Positions 1 to 11,706 of a DNA stretch of 64,000 nt are shown here, piece by piece. The notes under the pieces were generated by a model that did no database searches, was not told the origin of the DNA, and was given only the letters and a program-made list of their open reading frames with translations. A program made the position numbers and the translations under genes. Numbering within the stretch: position 1 is the stretch's first letter; every line of letters begins with the position of its first letter. The DNA is taken from the NCBI RefSeq assembly GCF_035084215.1, contig NC_090336.1, forward strand, positions 20,708,001 through 20,772,000. Direction: 5' to 3'. The DNA comes from Heptranchias perlo. Taxonomy: Eukaryota.

Positions 1-226
1 AAGTGCTTTCTTTAGCCAGTTGAGTAACAGTGGTAACATTTCAAACAACGTGGTTGTATTTTTATTGATGGAATATTCTGAACGAATCCCTCGATATGTT
101 TCTTCAATCTCCTTTCCAGTATTCAGGTGGAATGTTTCTCAGTACCTCTCACTGTTGAGTTATTCCAAAGTCTTTTTTGAGATTAACTGTTTAAATCATC
201 AGGAGTGGATTCTATATTTTAAATAG

Positions 227-328
227 GTTCAGAAGAAAAATTACAGACAGGAGAAGAAGAGGGCCAGCAAAGAGATGTTCAGCGCTTTAAAGGACCCCTC
301 TGTGGTGGTGATGGAGGATTGGCTAAAG
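227..328 (+). CDS. OSBPL5: OSBPL5 internal exon (polybasic segment and start of PH domain)
   Basis: ttttaaatag|...|gtaggt; VQKKNYRQEKKRASKEMFSALKDPSVVVMEDWLK matches the ORP5/ORP8 polybasic region; phase 0-0. Upstream exons are outside the window. Confidence 0.93.
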
Positions 329-334
329 GTAGGT

Positions 335-515
335 CACCCAAGCTGTTGGTGTTCAAACCCATCTCAACAATGTCAACTGACAGCCAATCCAAACAATGGA
401 TACTGAGACCCACCTCAGCCAGTTATATCCATAGTCATCCAAACCATTGGTTTTCAAACCTAGCTTAACAATTTGTACACACCTAACTCAAACAGTGAGC
501 ACTCAGACCCCAGAT
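335..515. repeat. Degenerate ~50-bp minisatellite
   Basis: About four units (atccaaac..tgg.t.ctcaaaccca.ctcaaca) starting just after the donor; remnants resume at 970-1000 and 1125-1225. Confidence 0.5.
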
Positions 516-968
516 CTGAGAGGATATCCTTATTAGGAAAGGCTGAACAGGCTGGGACTCCTTTCTCTAGAAAAGAGAAGGCTGAGGGGTGACCTGATAG
601 AAGCCTTTAAGATAATAGGGTTTGATAGGGTAGATGTAGAGAAAATGTTCACACTTGTGGGGGAGTCCAAAACTAGAGGTCATCTATATGAAATAGTCAC
701 TAATAAATCAAATAGGGAATTCAGGAGAAACCTTCTTTACCCAAAGAGTGGTAAGAACATGGAACGCGCTAAGACAAGGAGTGGTCGATGCAAATAGCAT
801 AGATGCATTTAAGGGGAAGCTAGATAACCACATGAGGGAGAAAGGAATAGAAGGGTATCCTGATAGGGTTAGATGAAGTAGGGAGGGAGGAGGCTTGTGT
901 GGAGCGTAAACGACGGCATAGACCAGTTGGGCCGAATGGTCTGTTTCTGTACTGTAGTTTCGATGTAA
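515..968 (+). mobile_element. CR1 LINE 3' fragment
   Basis: RLGL..LEKRRLRGDLIE-type ORF2 C-terminus and CR1 3' UTR. Confidence 0.85.
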
Positions 969-1004
969 GTCTCAAGTGGCAACCAACCTAAATTATGGAT
1001 ATCC

Positions 1005-1115
1005 TATATTACAACAGTGACTACACTTCAAAAGTACTTCATTGGCTGTGAAGTGCTTTGGGAGGTCCTGAGGGCATGAAAGGCGCTATATAAATGTATG
1101 TTTGTTCTTTCTTTC
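1005..1115 (+). mobile_element. DeuSINE/L2-type 3' tail
   Basis: acaacagtgactacacttcaaaagtacttcattggctgtgaagtgctttggg...aaggcgctatataaat. Confidence 0.75.
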
Positions 1116-1820
1116 TTTTCTTGCTGAGACCGCTTCAACCAACTTAACTAACAGTTACCAAACCCACCTCAATAACTTCAACTGACAACAGTTGTTCAGA
1201 TTCACCTTAGCCAACAGCCAACTATTTTACCATGTGTCTCTTCTGCCACCTCCATGTCATGTACCCACTGTGGTAGCATGCATGCAGTAATGTTTTGTTA
1301 TGATTTGATTCTATTTTATATTGCAATTCCTTCTGCTTATACTCCTGCAGGGCCCAAGGCAGGTAAAGGGAAAGTTGCTGCATAGTACAGCAACCCAATT
1401 AATGTATGAAGGGGAGATGTGGTCAAGGAACTAGTGACCATTTTTCCTGCCTGCTGGTCAGAGAAGGGCCCCTGGTATAAATGGGCCAAGCCTATAGGAA
1501 TGTGGACCATAACGGAAGTTGTGATTAAATACGGGCAGGATACTGGCGTGAGCTCCATTTTATTTCAGGGCCTGAACAAGGAAGATCGCCATTAATTATA
1601 TCTGAGCTAAATAACCAGGTGTAGACAGAGCCAAATTTGTTTTCACTGTAATTGTTCTTGCATCAATGCCCCCTTGGCTACTACACAAAGGCTGCTCCCT
1701 CTGCTTCTACACAGTTAAGAGTCCAGAACATTGTTTTGTTCAATGAATGTTGTTCAATGTTTTATAGTCTCAGTTTCTTTGTACTGATTGAAGAGCCCTG
1801 ACTCACAATCTCTGTTGCAG

Positions 1821-2024
1821 ATCCGAGGTACTCTGAAAAGCTGGACCAAACTCTGGTGCGTGCTCAAACCTGGTGTTCTGCTAATTTACAAAACACCTAA
1901 CAATGGCCAGTGGGTGGGGACCATCCTTCTCAACACCTGTGAGCTCATCGAAAGACCCTCCAAAAAGGATGGCTTCTGTTTCAAACTATTTCATCCGTTG
2001 GATCAATCCATCTGGGCAGTGAAG
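1821..2024 (+). CDS. OSBPL5: OSBPL5 exon, PH domain core
   Basis: tgttgcag|...|gtaatg; IRGTLKSWTKLWCVLKPGVLLIYKT...IERPSKKDGFCFKLFHPLDQSIWAVK; 204 nt, phase 0-0. Confidence 0.96.
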
Positions 2025-2354
2025 GTAATGTGTGTCCAGTGTGCCCCAGACCTAGACAATGAAGGTCTCCCTTGAAAGAGAAAGTACAAAGGAGTGGATA
2101 GCCTAGTACCCAAAAAACTAGTTATCTCCCTCCAAAAATCTATAAAGCCTATAGATTCACCACCCACTTTGGATGCTAGAGTAAACCTGGCTCCACAGCA
2201 TTCTCTTACTGTTGCAAGAGAAAGGAAAATAAACAAATATTGGCACAATTCATGCAGACACTCACTTGGGTGATATTGCAGTCCTAAAGCAGAAAGGTGG
2301 AAGATGATGATGTTGAGTCCTATCAGTGAATTGTGCAGGGGTCAAGTCATCACT

Positions 2355-2625
2355 TCACCAACCTTTATAAGGGGTTTTAATAAAGTATATAGGGAAAATC
2401 ATCTTCCATGGTTGGCTAGAGGGAATAAATAGGGCACAGAATACCCCACCAGGAACAGTGGTGGAGGCAGAGGGAAATGGATAAATATCTGAAAAAGAAC
2501 ATTTTAAAAGGGTATGGGAAAACGCAGGAGAATAGGACTAAGTGGAGAGCACTTTCGGAAAGATGGTACAGGTGCACTGGGGCGAATAGCCTCATTCCGT
2601 GCTATAAAATTCTATGATTCCACTT
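2355..2625 (+). mobile_element. Degraded CR1 3' fragment
   Basis: Ends in the ttctatgattc tail; similar to the other CR1 3' ends in the window. Confidence 0.65.
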
Positions 2626-3875
2626 CCCTTCAGTTTGGTGCTGTTGGAAAAGCCTCTGAAGTTGAAACATGGCTGTATTGCATGACCTGTGCTAGACCTC
2701 ATGTGATTGTGGGCTGGAACTTTATACACACCCTAACCTGAAGTTCAGCCCTCACAATCTGGGCATGGGTGCCTCAAAGTGTGACATCCTACTAGTCTGA
2801 AGCACTGCAGTCTAATTGGCATGATGCATTGAGGCTCACACATCACGACTTATCTATTTTTAGTTCACTTGAGGATTAGATTCACGCCATGGAACAGCAC
2901 TGGGCACAACAGTGTTATTTTGCTATTTATGTTGTAATGGTTCTGGAATAGTCTTGGCTGTGAGAGCTGTGGAATCTGTCCTGTTTACATTGTGAGGCAG
3001 ATTCAACATCACCAGTGGCAACAGAGAAACAACCATATGTTCCCAGTTTTCAGAAAGATCATTAATTCAGACTTTCACTTCCAGCACCGGAACTTTTTTG
3101 CTGCCTGGGGAAGATCTGAACAGGCCAATGATGGGGAAACCACATCAATGGCCTGGATGAACAGGCTAGATGTCCATGGCTGGAAAGAAAATGGTGGCAG
3201 TTGTTTACATTGCTGATCCAGCACTGCTGCTTCCTCAGATAGCTATGGAAAAACAATGCGTTAGCTGGGGCTCGGTTCCACCTGAGGCAACACTGCCATC
3301 TCCTTCACTTTACTGTACTGCCACCAAAGCCAAGGCTGTCACCAGTGATTGTGCTCTAAAATAAACCCACAGTAAAAGGTTTTAGCTTCATGTGCCAGAA
3401 TGGAAGTTCAACCAGACTGCACAACATGAATCATCTCACTTCAGCCCCAGAGCAGAACTGTCTCGAAGTCAGAGTAAAGCCTGTCCCCACATGAGTGCCT
3501 ATTGGACCTGCATGCGGCGTGTGCGCATATGACTTTCTCTGGAGATCGCCACACTGAAATTCTACATCTCATCTTAAGGTCCAAAAGAAACATCTCCTGA
3601 TTAACAGGATTCTGCTTGCTTTTTAAAATAAGCGCCATCAATTCAACAGACTAATGAGACCTCCTCAGAAGGGCTACATCTCCAAGGAAAGTCATGCAAC
3701 TAACACTATATAAGGTGTCAGAGAGGCTTTAGCCCATAACCTTCTCATCCCAAAGGAAAAGTTAGTGCCAACAGAGACAAAAGATATTTGTGAACAACTT
3801 ACTACACAATGTCACCCAACCCCCTTCCTCAAAGTCACTCATCTTTACATTAACTTTAGGCCTTGTCTCTTCCAG

Positions 3876-3960
3876 GGTCCAAAAGGTGAGAATGTGGGAT
3901 CGATAACACAGCCTCTGCCTAGTAGTTACCTGATCTTCAGAGCTGCCTCTGAGTCGAATG
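3876..3960 (+). CDS. OSBPL5: OSBPL5 exon, PH domain
   Basis: ctcttccag|...|gtaagt; GPKGENVGSITQPLPSSYLIFRAASESN(G); 85 nt. Confidence 0.95.
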
Positions 3961-4604
3961 GTAAGTTTATGTCTCAGATGTTTGTCTGTGAGCTGGTGAG
4001 AATGAATTTAGAGGGTACACAATGGGGGATGGTGGAAATGAAGAGAATTACAGTTTACACTTGGAGGAAGATAAGCTTCATACCCATGAACCATAGCATC
4101 AGATGGTCTGGTGAAGGTTCCTCCACAGCTATGTACTGTAACTGAAAAAAACTGGGATTGCATTCAGTAAGAGGTGGGCTTTTAACACTAAGAAGTCGCA
4201 TCATTAATCATCTTCAGGGCAAACCTTTACAAAATGAGCATTATCCTCCTCCCTAGCCCTAACACATACAACAATAAGGGGAAGAACTGCTGTGGTCACT
4301 CACTATATGTAGTGACACTACAAATACAGTCAAAAAGAATATGCTTACAATGTTGCAGCAAATAGTGACCAGAGAAATTCTCTGTTTCTCTTACCCACCC
4401 CCCACCCCCCACCATCTCTTGGCAATGTTCACTGTTTCATGTAATACTGCACAAAATAGGAATTAATTCCTTATTTTTCGGCTCCCCGATAGCCTAATGG
4501 GTAAATGCAATAACCCATGTTGAACTGAGTCATAAGGTACAAACTACAGTGACTGATATTACTGTTCACTATATAACAGAGGAGATAACCTTTTTATTTT
4601 AAAT

Positions 4605-6850
4605 AGAATCATAGAAATAGAATCATAGAAAGGTTACAGCACGGAAGGAGGCCATTTGGCCCATCGAGTCCGCGCCGGCTCGATGCAAAGCAATCCAGCT
4701 AGTCCCACTCCCCTGCCTTTTCCCCATAGCCTGCAAATTTTTTCCTTTCAAGTACTTATCCAGTTCCCTTTTGAAGGCCATGATTGAATCTGCCTCCTCC
4801 ACCCCCTCAGGCAGTGCATTCCAGATCCTAACCACTTGCTGTGTTTTTTTAAAAAAAAAGTTTTTCCTCATGTCACCTTTGGTTCTTTTGCCAATCACCT
4901 TAAATCTATGTCCTCTGGTTCTTGATCCTTCCGCCAAAGGGAACAGTTTCTCTCTGTCTACTCTGTCTAGACCCTTCATGATTTTGAATACCTCTATCAA
5001 ATCTCCTTGCAAAAGTCTCTGTTCCAAGGAGAACAACCTCAGCTTCTCCAGTCTATCCACGTAACTAAAGTTCCTCATCCCTGGAATCATTCTCGTAAAT
5101 CTCTTCTGCACCCTTTCTAAGGCCTTCACATCTTTCCTAAAGTGTGGTGCTCAGAACTGGACGCAATACTCCAGTTGTGGCCGAACCAGTGTATTATAAA
5201 GGTTCATCATAACTTCCATACTTTTGTACTCTATTCCTCTATTTATAAAGCCCAGGATCCTGTTTGCTTTTTTCACCACTTTCTCAATCTGTCCTGCAAC
5301 GATTTGTGCACATATACCGCCAGATCTCTCTGTTCCAATACCCCTTTTAGAGTTGTGCCCTCTGGTTTATATTGCCTCTCCTCGTTCTTCCTACCAAAAT
5401 GTATCACTTTGCATTTTTCTGCATTAAATTTTATCTGCCACATGTCCACCCATGCCACCAATCTGTCTATGTCCTCTTGAAGTCTATCACTATCCTCCTC
5501 ACTGTTTACTACCCTTCCGAGTTTTGTGTCATCTGCAAATTTTGAAATTGTGGCCTGTACACCCAAGTCCAAGTCATTAATATATATCAAGAAAAGCAGT
5601 GGTCCTAGTACCGACCCCTGGGGAACACCACTGTACACCTCCCTCCAGTCCGAGAAACAACCATTCACCACTACTCTCTGTTTCCTGTCACTTAGCCAAT
5701 TTTGTATCCATGTTGCTACTGCCTCTTTTATTCCGTGGGCCGCAATCTTGATGATAACCCTGTTGCGCGGCACTTTATCAAATGCCTTTTGAAAATCCAT
5801 ATACACCACATCAACTGCATTGCCCTCATCTACCCTCTCTGTTACCTCATCAAAAAACTCTATCATGTTAGTTAAACACTATTTGCCTTTAACAAAATCC
5901 GTGCTGGCTTTCCCTAATCAATCCACACTTGTCCAAGTGACCGTTAATTCTGGCCCGGATTATTGTTTCTTAAAGTTTCCCCACCACTGAGGTCAAACTG
6001 ACTGACCTATAGTTGCTGGGTTTATCCTTACACCCTTTTTCGAACAAGGGTGTAACATTTGCAATTCCCCAATCCTCTGGCACCATTCCCGTATCTATGG
6101 ATTTTTGGAAGATTATGGCCAGCACCTCCGCAATTTCCACCCTTACTTCCCTCAGCAATCTAGGATGCATCCCATTCGGACCAGGTGACTTATCTACTTT
6201 AAGTACAGCTAGCCTTTCTAGTACCTCTCCTTTATCAATTTTTAGTCCATCCAGTATCTCAACTATATCTTCCTTCATTGAGAATCTGGCAACATCTTCT
6301 TCCTTGGTAAAGACAGATGCAAAGTACTTATTTAGTGCCTCGGCCATCCCCTCTGCCTCCATGAGTAGATCTCCTTTATGGTCCCTAATCGGCCCCACCC
6401 CTCCTCTTACTACCCCTTCATATGCCTGTAAAAGACTTTTGGATTCCCTTTTTCATTGGCGGCCAGTCTATTCTCATGCTCTCTCTTCGCCCCTCTTATT
6501 TCCTTTTTCACTTCCCCTCTGAACTTTCCATATTCTGCCTGGTTCTCACTTGCGTTGTCAATCTGACATCTGTCATGCACCCCATTTTTCAATTTCATCT
6601 TACTCACTATCTCCTTTGTCATCCAGGGAGCTCTGGCTTTAGTTGCCCTACCTTTTTGCCTTGTGGGAATGTGCCTAGGCTATACCCGAACCATCTCCTC
6701 CTTAAAGGCCGCCCACTGTTCAATTACAGTTTTGCCGGCCAATCTTTGATTCCAATTACCTCGGCCAGATCAGTTCTCATCCCATTGAAATTGGCCCTCC
6801 TCCAATTGAGTATTTTTACTTCAGAGCGGTCCATGTCCTTTTCCATCGCT
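4605..6850 (-). mobile_element. 5'-truncated CR1 LINE (RT region)
   Basis: Minus-strand ORFs with [35 protein letters not shown]; (ATTCTATG)-type tail at 4605-4630; frameshifted. Confidence 0.95.
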
Positions 6851-6894
6851 ATTGATGCTTTTGTTAAAACAGTGGAGAGTGGAATTTGATACAA

Positions 6895-7175
6895 GTATGA
6901 AGGTGCGATATGAACATCAGAACCCCAGAGCAGCTGAGCTGTGACGGGCAAATCAGCCAATTCCCGGTTCCTGATCACTATCCAGGTACCACTGCTGTAA
7001 ACTGCACATGTGTAGACGTTTGGTAAGGACAGGATTGGCCTCAGCTATAATATCCTAGATGGGCGAACGGCCTGCCAACACTTACTAACCCAGCTCACAC
7101 ATGAGGAATGGCCAGTTCCTATGGAACTGTACCTGAGGAAGAGTCAGGGAGAAAAGGAAACAGAAAATAAGGGAA
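6895..7175 (+). mobile_element. tRNA-derived SINE (AmnSINE2-like), body and 3' part
   Basis: cctgatcactatccag...aggacaggatt...gctcacacatgaggaatggcc motifs recur many times in the window; family name from recall. Confidence 0.6.
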
Positions 7176-7589
7176 AAAGAAAATATTTTTGTGTTTGAAG
7201 TGTCACTGTCCTCATGACAAAAGTGACATTTTATTCATTTGTTTACATACCACACACGTCGATATAAATTGTCAAAATACAAAACACATCATGTCATCAT
7301 GACAAAAATAACTACTGTTCTCACTCACAAACGGAGATTTCTTCAAACAATTCCTCATGGCACTGCTGCCGTTTAACAGGCTCAGCTCTCAGTGTTGGTT
7401 TTGACTGACCTCTGTATTCAGTATAGAAAGGTATACTGTAGACATACAACTTGGCTGTATTCTTGATGTATACTTCGAGTTTTATGTTGGATCTATATTC
7501 CTCAGTGTATTCCTGACACGTACTCGAAAATGCCTGGTTTATTTCCTGATTCATATTCCTGCATGTATCATTGATGTATATTCCCCGGT

Positions 7590-7772
7590 CTGTATCTCTC
7601 TCCTCCTTTAAGACGCTCGTTAAAACCTACCTCTTTGACCAAGCTTTTGGTCCACCTGTCCTAATATCTCCTTATGTGGCTCGGTGTCAAATTTTGATTG
7701 ATAACACACCTCTGAAGCTCCTTGGGACATTTTACTACGTTACAGGCACTATATAAATGCAAGTTGTTGTTT
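7590..7772 (+). mobile_element. L2-type LINE 3' end
   Basis: ctcctttaagacgctc...tttgaccaagctttt...ctatataaatgcaagttgttgt; same as the 3' end of the 50215-51630 copy. Confidence 0.85.
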
Positions 7773-7802
7773 GTTCCTGACTTTTTTTTTGACTCTCCTT
7801 AG

Positions 7803-7974
7803 GTCGATGTTGGATGGATGCTCTGGAATTAGCTCTGCGGTGTTCGAGTCTTCTCAAGCGCAGCACAGTTAAGGACGGGAAGGATGGTGATCTGAACTAC
7901 TCGATGGATACGACTCACCCAGGACTGTATAGTCTGCTACGAGGCTTCAGTCCCATCCATCAGGAGCTCTTCCA
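7803..7974 (+). CDS. OSBPL5: OSBPL5 exon, PH C-terminal helix and linker
   Basis: ctccttag|...|gtaggt; (G)RCWMDALELALRCSSLLKR...QELF; phase 1-2 fits neighbours. Confidence 0.93.
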
Positions 7975-8984
7975 GTAGGTGCACAAACATACTGTAATCT
8001 ATAGATCTATCTCTCAGCGCCTCAAGCTGGATGTTTTGCATATATATCTAGGCTAATAGATGGGGCAGGAGGCCCTAGCACTGACCTGAGAATCCACTTA
8101 ATGATCACAGTCTGAGGTATGGCAGGACCAGATGTACAACTTCTTGGCTGTATTCTTGATGTATACTTCCAGTTTTATGTTGGATCTATATTCCTCAGTG
8201 TATTCCTGACACGTACTCGAAAATGCCTGGTTTATTTCCTGATTCATATTCCTGCATGTATCATTGATGTATATTCCCTGGTCTATATCTCTCTTCTCCT
8301 TTAAGATGCTCCTTAAAACCTGGTGATCAGTATAGGCTACGGATAAGGAAGTGGGCTGGGCAATGTAGGTATGACCAGAGAAATGAGTTGGGCAGTAGCG
8401 GGTACAGTTAATGCACTGCATGTGTGGTTTGCACTGGACATTACAGCACGACTGGTCGGTGCAGTAGACTATGGGATACAATTGGTGGGGGAGTCTGGAC
8501 AATGTAGCTGGGGAGTCTCAACATCATCATGTGTGGCCCAGTGACCTCACATAAAATGAGAGCCCATTATGGGAGCTGCAGAGGACTGAATACTGTGTGT
8601 GAAGAGGCAAAGTGAGAACAATAGATACAATCTGCATACAAAGCGCTCATTGCACGCTATGGGTCCTGGGTGGGATGAAGAGGTCCTTCTGAAACCTACC
8701 CGCAGGGTTATTTAGTCCAAGTGTGAAGTGGCAATGTGAGGCCCTCACTTCTGATTAATTACAAAATTACTTAAACACTCAAATGTCGTACTGTAAAAAA
8801 GGCAATAAAAAGATAAAAGTTTAACAGAACAATTCCAGAAAGGAATGGAACAGTATAAAATGTGAATGGGAGAAACTGGCAGGAAAATGGAGGAAGCCAA
8901 GATATCAAGTTTCTAAAATCACTGTTCAACTCAGAGGGCTGCAGTGTGTCCAGGAGGAAAATGAACAGTATCAGTTCTAACTTC

Positions 8985-10545
8985 AAGTGTAAGGAGCTCA
9001 TGGATTTCTTTATCTCCAAGATTGAGACCATCCATGAAGTCACCTCCACTCCCATGTCCCTGATCACCCTAGCCTTGATCCCTAGTCATTCTGCATCTTT
9101 CCCTCATCAAGTGCAACTCTTCCTCATTCCATTCCCCAACCAATTTCTGACCACTCAACTACCTTTCCTGGCCCCGAGTTTGCTAACATCATAAATGGCT
9201 CCCTTTGCTCAGGCAATGTCCGTCTCTTTTTCAAAACCATCATCATTGCCTTCCTCAGAAAGCATACCCTTGACCTGTTCGTCCTCTACCACTACTACCC
9301 TGTCTCCAACCTCCTTTAATATGTAGCTTCCTAGCTCCTTGCCTACTTCTCCAAGTCCATGTTCAGATCCTTCCATCTGGTTTCTATCCTGCTTACAGCA
9401 ATGAGACAGCTTCAGTCAAATTCACGAACGATATCGTGTGTGATTGCAGCTCTGGAGTGCCCTTCTTGACTCTCCTTGGTGTTTGGCATGGTCAAAGACA
9501 CCTTCCTGTTACACTACTTCTCCTCTGTTGTCCATGGGGCTGTCCTGGCATGGTTCTGTTCCTACCTGTCCTACAGAGCCAGTGCATCTCCAGCAGTGGC
9601 TCCTACTCCTGTCCCCACATCTCCAAAGTTTACCACGCTTCCATCTTTCTCATTCACGTGCAATCCCTTGGTGACATCATCCACAGTCATGTATGCTGAC
9701 AACATTAATTCTGCCACTGAGAGCATGGCAGTGGAATTAGTTTTGGATTACTCTAACAAAGGCACGATGGGACGAATGACTTCATTCTGTGCTGTACAAT
9801 TCTGTGGTTCTATAATTGAACATCCTTTGAACCCATAACCACCTCTGCACTGTCAAACTCATTGTCTGAAATCAAGCTAGAACTTATTGCAGTTGAACAT
9901 TGGGAATTCTGAAATCATCGTTTTTGTCCCCCACCAAAACTCTACTCCTTTGCCACAGACTCCATCCTCCTCCCTGGGCACTGGCTGAGGCTGAACCAGG
10001 CTGTGCGCAACTTCAGAGCCTCATTCAACCCAGAACTGAGCTCACATCCCATGTTCTATCCACTACCTCGTATAGTATTACCAGCCTCTGCACCTACCCT
10101 CACCCCGCCACTAAAACCCTATCCACATTTTTGTCATCTCTAGACTTGATTTCTCCATAATCCTCTTGCTAGCCTCTTATCCTTCACCCTCCAAGATTCC
10201 CATTCATCAAAAACCGTGCCACCTATATTCTGCACAAAGCCACACTCGCCCATCACACCATCCTCACTGATCAACACTAGCTCCCCGTTCCCAATGGATC
10301 AAATTTTAAAATCCTTGCCTTCATCTACAAGGTTCTCCATGGCCTTGTCCAACCTATCTCTGCAACCTGCTTCAGCTTTGCGTTCCTTCCCGTGCCTTTA
10401 GGTGTGTGGCTTTTGGGCTTTTGTGCGTTCCCCCTCCCTCTGTTCCATCATTGGTGGCAGAGCCTTCAACTGCCTTAGTTGTACACTCTTCCACCCTAAA
10501 CACTTCATTTTCTACTCTCTCCTTCAAAAGGTTTCCTTAAACCCA
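8985..10545 (+). mobile_element. Degenerate L2 LINE ORF2
   Basis: CKELMDFFISKIETI, LAWFCSYLS, MYAD and HSPITP remnants. Confidence 0.75.
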
Positions 10546-10622
10546 TTTGTGTAGTTTAACAATTCCTTTGGTTCTGATTGTTCTTCTTAGACTTCTCTCT
10601 TATTTTCTCTCCCACTCTTAAG

Positions 10623-10854
10623 TTTAAACGATGCTGAGTTTGTAAACCATGATCAGTACAAAGACGTTGACGTGTCCTCCGACAAATCAGACCGAGAGAA
10701 TAATCCCCACCATGAGGAGTTGGAGAATGACACGAACGACAAGAGCAGCAGGAGTGGGGAAAGTGACACGGACCTGTCCGAAATCCAGGAGATGAGCAGG
10801 AAGGACTTAGCAGAGACGACTTATGTGGCAGACAATTCAGAGGACTTTGGAGAA
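10623..10854 (+). CDS. OSBPL5: OSBPL5 exon, acidic linker
   Basis: Pyrimidine tract + AAG acceptor, gtaaga donor; (H)LNDAEFVNHDQYKDVDVSSDKSDRENN...ETTYVADNSEDFGE resembles the ORP5/8 linker; phase 2-0. Confidence 0.88.
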
Positions 10855-11144
10855 GTAAGAGCTATGAAGCGGAGGCTCTCTGCATTATATAGTATTGGGA
10901 TTTAAGAGTTTGCTTTCTTAGTGACTGCGTGGCCTTGGGCACTCAAACTCTTGAGCACGTGATTCCCAGAGTGGCAATCATTGGAGATCGCACCCCTGTT
11001 TGGGTGAGTTTAGACTGCAAACGCTGCATCAAGGAGGGAGGGTGCAAGTATGTGAACTGAAAGATGCATTGCGTGGGGAAAGCTGTTTGAACATTGGGTG
11101 TAGAGTTTGATGTACTCTTTTTGAAGTTAATTTATAAAAATTAT

Positions 11145-11410
11145 TTCCCCTCCTTTCCTGAAGATGCTGACTCTTACTGGAGTACAGTTTCATGGATACG
11201 GAGTGCCCTCTGGTATCTTGCCCAAGCTGCTATTCTTCATGTGTGAGTCTAGACATTGATTATCGTCAAGTTAGTTAACTGCAAAGGCACCACAGCTAAG
11301 CCTGATCCCGTCCTCACGTGCACCTTCAGGCAGAGGTCATTGGATAGTGATCAGGGTCAAGAACCATGGCTGATATTTCCTCTTCCAAACCCAGGAGAGT
11401 TGAACCCATT
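11145..11410 (-). mobile_element. AmnSINE2-like SINE
   Basis: Reverse complement of the family at 34480-34830. Confidence 0.6.
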
Positions 11411-11521
11411 GCAGTGCCCTATCTGAATATGAGACAATGGGGAAGCTTTGCCTCAATGGTTCTGAAGGCAGATCCTGTATGTTGCCGACAGTAACTTGAT
11501 CTCTTTCTTTTCGGTTTGTAG

Positions 11522-11706
11522 ATTGGTGAAACCACTCAGACTGAAATGGTGACTGAGGAAAACAGGAGTTTGATGTGGACAGTATTAAAACAACTCCGAC
11601 CTGGAATGGACCTATCCCGAGTTGTACTACCAACCTTTATCCTGGAGCCTCGCTCGTTTCTGGACAAATTGTCTGACTACTACTACCACTCTGACCTACT
11701 CTCTCA
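11522..11706 (+). CDS. OSBPL5: OSBPL5 exon, ORD lid
   Basis: tttgtag|...|gtaagt; IGETTQTEMVTEENRSLMWTVLKQLRPGMDLSRVVLPTFILEPRSFLDKLSDYYYHSDLLS. Confidence 0.96.

Noticed and set aside
7321-8502. Duplicated minus-strand ORFs (MNQEINQAFSSTCQEY...) as a novel gene
   Set aside because: The frame comes from a degenerate 12-bp repeat (tcaggaataca-like) and runs into L2 sequence; no recognisable domain or promoter.
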